This document shows, in pieces, positions 58,192 through 64,000 of a stretch of DNA of 64,000 bases (positions are counted from its first letter, which is position 1; every line of letters starts with the position of its first letter). A program made the translations under genes and the position numbers. Source of the stretch: an uncultured SAR116 cluster alpha proteobacterium (GTDB lineage Bacteria > Pseudomonadota > Alphaproteobacteria > Puniceispirillales > Marisalimonadaceae); assembly GCA_902589185.1 (NCBI GenBank), contig CACIRZ010000004.1, forward strand, positions 2,554 through 66,553, given 5' to 3'. The notes below the pieces were generated by a model. The model saw nothing but the letters and a program-made list of their open reading frames with translations, had not been told where the DNA came from and ran no database searches.

Positions 58192-59901
58192 CTAAAATAA
58201 AAAATACCTCTGAGCCATAGGTAATTCTGTAGCTGGCTCGCAGGTAAGAATTTCCCCATCAGCTGTAACCTCATATGTTTCAGGATCAACAGAAATATCT
58301 GGGCAATAATTATTATAAACCATATCTTTTTTTGAGATATCTCTTGTTTTCTCCACCACAACAGTGTTTTTAGCAAGTTTTAATGAGTCTAAACTTCCAG
58401 ATTTAATAGAATCTTTACTTACAAAAGTAATTGAAGATGTCTCTAGAGATCTTCCATAAGAAGAAAACATTGGTCTTGTATATACAGGTTGTGGAGTTGG
58501 AATTGATGCGTTAGGATCACCCATTTGAGCACAAGCAATGCTTCCACCAATCATCACAATCTCTGGCTTTACACCAAAAAAAGCTGGATCCCATATCACA
58601 ATGTCAGCTCTTTTACCCTCAGTTATCGAGCCTATATGCTTAGATAAACCGTGAGTTATAGCCGGATTAATTGTATATTTAGCTACATATCTTTTAACTC
58701 TTATATTATCATTATCACCTTTTTCTTCCTTTAGACGACCTCTTTGAACTTTCATTTTGTGAGCTGTTTGCCAAGTTCTGATAATAACTTCTCCAACCCT
58801 TCCCATTGCTTGACTGTCAGAAGCTATAATTGAAAAGGCACCTAAATCATGAAGTATATCCTCTGCAGCTATTGTCTCTTTTCTAATCCTGCTTTCGGCG
58901 AAGGCAACGTCTTCTGGAATTGATTTATCTAAATGATGACATACCATAAGCATATCCAAATGCTCTTCTAAAGTATTAATAGTATAGGGTCTTGTTGGAT
59001 TGGTTGATGATGGTATTACATTTTCATTCCCGCACACTTTTATGATATCAGGAGCATGTCCTCCACCTGCACCTTCTGTATGAAAGGCATGAATTGTTCT
59101 ATTATTAATAGCTTTTATAGTATTCTCTACAAATCCACTTTCATTCAATGTATCTGTATGTATCATTACTTGAACATCCATTTTGTCAGCTACATTTAGA
59201 CAGTTATCTATAGCACCAGGAGTTGTTCCCCAATCTTCGTGTAATTTCAGTGCGCAAGCCCCAGCATTTACCTGTTCAATTAATCCCTCTGGTTTAGAAG
59301 AATTGCCTTTACCAGCAAATGCAAGATTCATAGAAAAGGCATCCGCTGATTGTATCATTTTACCTATATGCCAAGATCCAGGTGTGCATGTTGTTGCCAA
59401 TGTTCCATGAGCAGGACCAGTACCACCTCCTAGCATTGTTGTTAAACCTGAGTGCAGAGCATCATCAATTTGTTGAGGACATATATAGTGGATGTGAGAA
59501 TCAAATCCTCCTGCTGTAATGATTTTACCTTCACCTGCGATTATTTCTGTGCCAGGTCCAATAATAATATCAATTTTTGGTTGAGTGTCAGGATTTCCAG
59601 ATTTTCCAATTTTTTGAATAATACCATCTTTGATTCCAACATCAGCTTTAAATATTCCATTTACATCAACTATCAGTGCGTTTGTAATAACAGTGTCAAC
59701 GGCGCCATCTTTTCTTGTAACTTGTGATTGGCCCATACCGTCTCTAATTACTTTTCCGCCACCAAATTTCACTTCCTCGCCATAGACAGTTAAATCATTT
59801 TCAACTTCTATAAACAAGTCTGTGTCAGCCAATCTAACTTTGTCACCCGTCGTAGGGCCAAACATTTCTGCATATGATGATCTTGTTATTTTTGAACTCA
59901 T
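58192..59901 (-). CDS. ureC: Urease subunit alpha
   Basis: [63 protein letters not shown]. Confidence 0.98.
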   Translation of the reverse strand: MSSKITRSSYAEMFGPTTGDKVRLADTDLFIEVENDLTVYGEEVKFGGGKVIRDGMGQSQVTRKDGAVDTVITNALIVDVNGIFKADVGIKDGIIQKIGKSGNPDTQPKIDIIIGPGTEIIAGEGKIITAGGFDSHIHYICPQQIDDALHSGLTTMLGGGTGPAHGTLATTCTPGSWHIGKMIQSADAFSMNLAFAGKGNSSKPEGLIEQVNAGACALKLHEDWGTTPGAIDNCLNVADKMDVQVMIHTDTLNESGFVENTIKAINNRTIHAFHTEGAGGGHAPDIIKVCGNENVIPSSTNPTRPYTINTLEEHLDMLMVCHHLDKSIPEDVAFAESRIRKETIAAEDILHDLGAFSIIASDSQAMGRVGEVIIRTWQTAHKMKVQRGRLKEEKGDNDNIRVKRYVAKYTINPAITHGLSKHIGSITEGKRADIVIWDPAFFGVKPEIVMIGGSIACAQMGDPNASIPTPQPVYTRPMFSSYGRSLETSSITFVSKDSIKSGSLDSLKLAKNTVVVEKTRDISKKDMVYNNYCPDISVDPETYEVTADGEILTCEPATELPMAQRYFLF

Positions 59902-60206
59902 TACAAGGCTCCCATAATTTTCTGATTAAACCCAAAAATATTTTTATCACCTTTGATGTTGATTAAATTTACCTCTCTTGTTTGACCTGGTTCAAAGCGA
60001 ACTGCAGTTCCAGCTGCAATATCTAGTCTCATTCCTTTTGTTTTATTTCTGTCAAAAGATAAAAATTCGTTTGTTTCGTAAAAGTGATAGTGGCTACCAA
60101 CTTGGATTGGTCTATCGCCTGTATTTGAAACTTTTATCTTTAAAGCATCAGAATCTTTATTTAAAACTATTTCATCAGATTTTGTAATAATTTCTCCAGG
60201 TATCAT
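59901..60206 (-). CDS. ureB: Urease subunit beta
   Basis: [30 protein letters not shown]. Confidence 0.97.
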   Translation of the reverse strand: MIPGEIITKSDEIVLNKDSDALKIKVSNTGDRPIQVGSHYHFYETNEFLSFDRNKTKGMRLDIAAGTAVRFEPGQTREVNLINIKGDKNIFGFNQKIMGAL

Positions 60207-60217
60207 TTAAATCTCCA

Positions 60218-60520
60218 TTATCTTATAGGATGATGAACTGTTACTAATTTTGTGCCATCGGGAAATGTGGCTTCAACTTGAACTTCATGTATCATTTCAG
60301 GAATCCCACTCATACATTCATTCTTTTTTACAACATGAGCACCAGCTTCCATTAAGTCTGCAACGGTGCGACCTTCTCTAGCTCCTTCAACAACAAAATC
60401 TGAAATTAAAGCTATCGCCTCAGGGTAGTTAAGTTTAATTCCTCTACTTTTCCTATTTCTTGCAACTATTGCAGCTAAGCTAATTAAGAGTTTATCTTTT
60501 TCTCTAGGTGATAATTTCAT
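60218..60520 (-). CDS. ureA: Urease subunit gamma
   Basis: [37 protein letters not shown]. Confidence 0.97.
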   Translation of the reverse strand: MKLSPREKDKLLISLAAIVARNRKSRGIKLNYPEAIALISDFVVEGAREGRTVADLMEAGAHVVKKNECMSGIPEMIHEVQVEATFPDGTKLVTVHHPIR

Positions 60521-60529
60521 GTCCTCTCC

Positions 60530-61339
60530 CTAACTGTTCCATACTTTTGGAATGTTATCATCAGCAAGTATTGATATTAAATTTTTTTGTATTGATTTCA
60601 AATCATATGCATCTTTGGCAACCATTCTGACTAAAATTTTATCATTCCATATAGAATGAGACAACAACACTGTTTCTGAGTTTTTTAATTTTTCATGTAA
60701 ATTATTCTCATAAGATAATAGTTTTTTTCCGTAGATAAATATATTAGATATTGCAACTCCATTTTTAGCTGAAGCAATGTTTGAGAGAGTTTCTTTAATA
60801 TTTCCATTTAAATTTAATGCTTCAGCGTGAAACAAACTTTTATTAACATTTATTCTCCAATTATCATTGAAATAACCCTTTTCAAGATATTCACCCATAG
60901 CTGTTCTTCCAAATATTGTGGTTTCAGCTAATACAAAATTTGAATTAAGACTTAAATTTACTTCAATGTTTCTATCAAAATTACATTTGTTAAATAAAAT
61001 TAATTCTTGTGGTATCCAAAAAAGATTACTTGTGTCATCCACAGTTAAAGAAATTTTAATCTTAGCTTGTTCATTAAATCCCTTATAAGCTCTTTCTGCG
61101 GTTTGAGTAGTTAAAAAAATTTTGGATTTATTAACAATTTCAAAATCATAAGAAAAATTATCACCACTTGTAATTCCACCAGCAGTGTTAACTAAAACTA
61201 ATTCTTTAAATTTTTGAGAAGATTTAGGGTAAAATACTTTTGCAGAACCTGATTGATAGAAGCGATTTATTTCATTATTATTTATTTTAACATCAATTTT
61301 GCCGTGAGCTCTTTGAAAGGTTGTTTTTATATTTAACAT
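60530..61339 (-). CDS. ureD: Urease accessory protein UreD
   Basis: QRAHG, NTAGGITSGD, TTQTAERAY, WIPQE, FGRTAMGE, PKVW. Confidence 0.92.
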   Translation of the reverse strand: MLNIKTTFQRAHGKIDVKINNNEINRFYQSGSAKVFYPKSSQKFKELVLVNTAGGITSGDNFSYDFEIVNKSKIFLTTQTAERAYKGFNEQAKIKISLTVDDTSNLFWIPQELILFNKCNFDRNIEVNLSLNSNFVLAETTIFGRTAMGEYLEKGYFNDNWRINVNKSLFHAEALNLNGNIKETLSNIASAKNGVAISNIFIYGKKLLSYENNLHEKLKNSETVLLSHSIWNDKILVRMVAKDAYDLKSIQKNLISILADDNIPKVWNS

Positions 61340-61695
61340 TTATATGCTAACAGCTTTCCTTAATTTTTTTTCGTCAATTGAAGCTTTCTTCCCGTTGTAT
61401 ATGATTTCACCCCTAGTAATAGCAAATATGCTGTCAGCTCTTTTAAATGCAAAATCAAAATACTGTTCAACTAAAATTATAGCCATTTTTTTTTGAGACT
61501 TCAAATAATCTATTACTTCACCAATTAATGAAATTATGTTTGGTTGAATGCCCTCTGTGGGTTCATCCATTAGCAAAAGTTTTGGTTTAGTTATTAAAGC
61601 GCGTGCTATAGCTAATTGCTGTTGTTGGCCCCCAGATAAGTCTCCTCCTTTTCTAGATAATATTTTTTTTAGAACTGGAAACAAATCATAAATAA
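61340..61695 (-). pseudogene. urtE: 5'-truncated urea ABC transporter ATPase UrtE remnant
   Basis: IYDLFPVL..RKGGDLSGGQQQQLAIARAL..LLMDEPTEGIQP..LVEQY; no Walker A half; in-frame TGA just upstream; abuts ureD. Confidence 0.8.
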
Positions 61696-61779
61696 TTCCT
61701 TTCTTCTCTCATAAAGTTATGTTGTATTGATATGCAATTTTTACATATATAAATAATTTACATTTAATATTAGTGAAAT

Positions 61780-61828
61780 AATTTAAATATAGTTTAAATA
61801 ATAGTCAAAAATGTTAATAATTAACATT
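61780..61828 (-). promoter_or_regulatory. Candidate sigma70 promoter and upstream palindrome for the urease operon
   Basis: TTGACT (61808-61803), 17 nt, TAAATT (61785-61780); inverted repeat AATGTTAA-N3-TTAACATT at 61810-61828. Confidence 0.4.
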
Positions 61829-61892
61829 GTTGTCTAAAAATATGACATTTATGTATCATTTTAATACTTTTATAATTAAGAAAATAAAAAGA

Positions 61893-62912
61893 TCAAATAT
61901 TAATCTTTTTATAATGAACGGTGCCTCGTTCATCCTGTATACTCATAGCCTGACCTGTTACATCTAGATGGATTAGATGAGCTCTTGCTTCTCCAATTGC
62001 AAAGTGCATTTGTTCATCACCTATTTTTCTATCAAAAATAATTTCAATAGAATCCATAATAGTTATATCTTTCTCATTAAGGGCATTTAATATTAAACTT
62101 AATCTATGATTATGATGTTTAATTAAGTCTTTGGCTCGTTGATCACCATTTGTAAATGGCCAATCGTGACAAGGAAATACTTTTGTATCTGGTTCCATGG
62201 TTGATATTTCATTAAGATATTTAAAATAACCACCTAATCTATCATCTAGTGGATCAAAAAAATTATCAGAAATGTTTGGTGAAATCCTAGGTAACAAAAA
62301 ATCTCCTGAAAGATATAATTTTCTTTTATAATCCATCAAAGAAATATGTTCAGGTGAGTGGCCAGAGTCTGTTCTAGCTATCCATATTCCATCATTAGAC
62401 TCAACTTCGTATCCAGCTTTAATGATTTCAAAATCAGGTAGCTCATATACTCTATTTTTATATAGTCTTGTCGCTGGGCCCTTGGCAACAATATCTTCCT
62501 CACTCATTCCAGCTCTTACAAAAACATTACGAAAAATTTTTGCATATTCGTCATCTGGCATTGATCTAAAAGTATTAGCAGTGAATAATTCTTTTTCTGT
62601 TGTGTAACATTTAATATCTAATTTTTTTTGAAGCCAACCTGCCATTCCAATATGATCAGGGTGATAATGTGTAATCAACAAACCTGCAAATTTTTTAGAT
62701 TTTAATGGACCATTTATAAGTGCTTCCCAATGTTCTTCAGAGTGTTCAGATTTTAGGCCAGCATCTAAAATTAATAGTCCTTTTGGAGTATCCATTAAAA
62801 ATAAATTTACATGGTTTAATCTAAAAGGAAGCTCAAAATGTACCCAATATAAATCAGAAGCTATTTGAGTTAATTCACCAAATTTGGGTTTATCAATTTC
62901 TAGTTTCGTCAT
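61893..62912 (-). CDS. MBL-fold metallo-hydrolase
   Basis: LPFRLNHVN, THYHPDHIG, GHSPEH, SGDFLLPRISPN. Confidence 0.88.
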   Translation of the reverse strand: MTKLEIDKPKFGELTQIASDLYWVHFELPFRLNHVNLFLMDTPKGLLILDAGLKSEHSEEHWEALINGPLKSKKFAGLLITHYHPDHIGMAGWLQKKLDIKCYTTEKELFTANTFRSMPDDEYAKIFRNVFVRAGMSEEDIVAKGPATRLYKNRVYELPDFEIIKAGYEVESNDGIWIARTDSGHSPEHISLMDYKRKLYLSGDFLLPRISPNISDNFFDPLDDRLGGYFKYLNEISTMEPDTKVFPCHDWPFTNGDQRAKDLIKHHNHRLSLILNALNEKDITIMDSIEIIFDRKIGDEQMHFAIGEARAHLIHLDVTGQAMSIQDERGTVHYKKINI

Positions 62913-63081
62913 TTATTGCTCGTCATGAATTATCGTGGTAATTTTTATTTAAGATGTTAAGAATATACATTAAATCTAAATTAGATCTAGCAAATCTAAA
63001 ATAAAATTTAAAAAATGAAAATATAAGATATTTAAAGTATATTTTTTACTATTAGAAAGATTAAACATTAAGAGATACATT

Positions 63082-64000
63082 ATGAAAAATTCATTGGACG
63101 GAATAAAGGTATTAGATCTAACAAGAGTTTTAGCAGGACCTTATTGTACACAAATGCTTGGCGATCTTGGTGCAGAGATAATAAAAGTAGAGAGGCCAGG
63201 AGGAGGGGATGATACCAGGGGATTTGCCCCACCATTTGTAAAAGACGAAAACGGAGAAGAGACGGATTTAAGTGCGTATTATTGTGGAGCAAACAGGAAT
63301 AAAAAATCAATAACTGTCAATCTTAGTAAAAAAGAAGGGCAGGATTTAATAAAGAAATTACTTAAAGATTGCGACATATTAGTGGAAAATTTCAAAACAG
63401 GTACTTTAGATAAGTATGGCCTTGGTTACAAAGATTTAAAGGTAGAGTTTCCTAGATTAATTTATTGTTCTATCACAGGTTTTGGACAGACTGGTCCTTA
63501 TGCATCTAGACCAGGCTATGATGGCTTAATTCAAGCAATGGGCGGCGTCATGGCTCTTACTGGAGAACCTAATGGGGAGCCAATGAAAGTTGGAGTTCCT
63601 ATTGGAGACTTGATGGCAGGAATGTTTGCATCAGTAGGAATTCTTGCAGCTGTTAGACATCAAATTCAAACTGGAGAAGGTCAATTTATTGATATTGGTA
63701 TGTTAGATACACATGTTGCATGGCTTGCTAATCAAGGAATGAATTATTTGTCTACAGACAAAAACCCTGAAAGACTTGGCAATCAGCATCCTAATATTGT
63801 TCCTTATCAAGTCATGCCTACATCTGATGGATATATCGTACTTTCAGTTGGAAATGACCCAACTTTTGAGAGATTTTGTAAATTAGCTGGCGAAGAAAAG
63901 TTAATTAATGATCCAAAATTTAAAACTAATGCGGACAGAGTATCAAACAGGGAATTTGTTACTAATGTTTTAAACGAAATTACCATGAAACACACATCCG
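63082..64000 (+). CDS. CaiB/BaiF family III CoA-transferase (3' truncated by window; not in ORF track)
   Basis: MKNSLDGIKVLDLTRVLAGPYCTQMLGDLGAEIIKVERP, NRNKKS, VENFK, SITGFGQTGPY, RPGYD, GNQHPNIVPY. Confidence 0.9.
   Translation, partial: MKNSLDGIKVLDLTRVLAGPYCTQMLGDLGAEIIKVERPGGGDDTRGFAPPFVKDENGEETDLSAYYCGANRNKKSITVNLSKKEGQDLIKKLLKDCDILVENFKTGTLDKYGLGYKDLKVEFPRLIYCSITGFGQTGPYASRPGYDGLIQAMGGVMALTGEPNGEPMKVGVPIGDLMAGMFASVGILAAVRHQIQTGEGQFIDIGMLDTHVAWLANQGMNYLSTDKNPERLGNQHPNIVPYQVMPTSDGYIVLSVGNDPTFERFCKLAGEEKLINDPKFKTNADRVSNREFVTNVLNEITMKHTS

Noticed and set aside
61725-61760. Sigma54 promoter for the urease operon (TTGCA present on minus strand)
   Set aside because: No TGGCAC -24 element at the required spacing
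805-63995. Many 60-100 aa ORFs overlapping recognised genes (e.g. 805-1047, 4608-4850, 13147-13428, 49816-50118, 59183-59727, 63080-63310, 63807-63995)
   Set aside because: Opposite-strand or alternate-frame shadows of well-supported genes, with no recognisable motifs

Overview
AT-rich (roughly 28-30% GC by eye), gene-dense chromosomal segment of a streamlined marine-type alphaproteobacterium (SAR116/Puniceispirillaceae-like; lineage is an inference). Bases 1-29.2 kb are core genome in typical alphaproteobacterial order: clpA 3' end, nrdJ, mlaD, aat, accCB, aroQ, rne, amiC, PBP1A, prfB, bcp, AsmA-like protein, tyrS, cysE, cysteine desulfurase, ferredoxin, mnmA and tRNA-Met. After the tRNA the content is accessory/metabolic: a TPR-GT9 plus DUF6165 pair, small unknown proteins, a tightly coupled GT2 / nucleosidase-like / spore-photoproduct-lyase-family radical SAM / SDR operon (best candidate for an undescribed system), an orphan pal, organic-acid enzymes, a putative Mn transporter with an MntR-like box, a GAF/dehalogenase unit, a glucosylglycerate cluster, and a full urease operon whose urea ABC transporter is reduced to a urtE 3' remnant. 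Other oddities: an HTH-like insertion in the PBP1A transpeptidase domain, prfB without the programmed frameshift, DnaA plus NrdR boxes at nrdJ, and an unannotated 30-aa membrane ORF. No integrase, transposase, CRISPR array or rRNA was seen. All calls come from motif recognition by eye; no searches were run.
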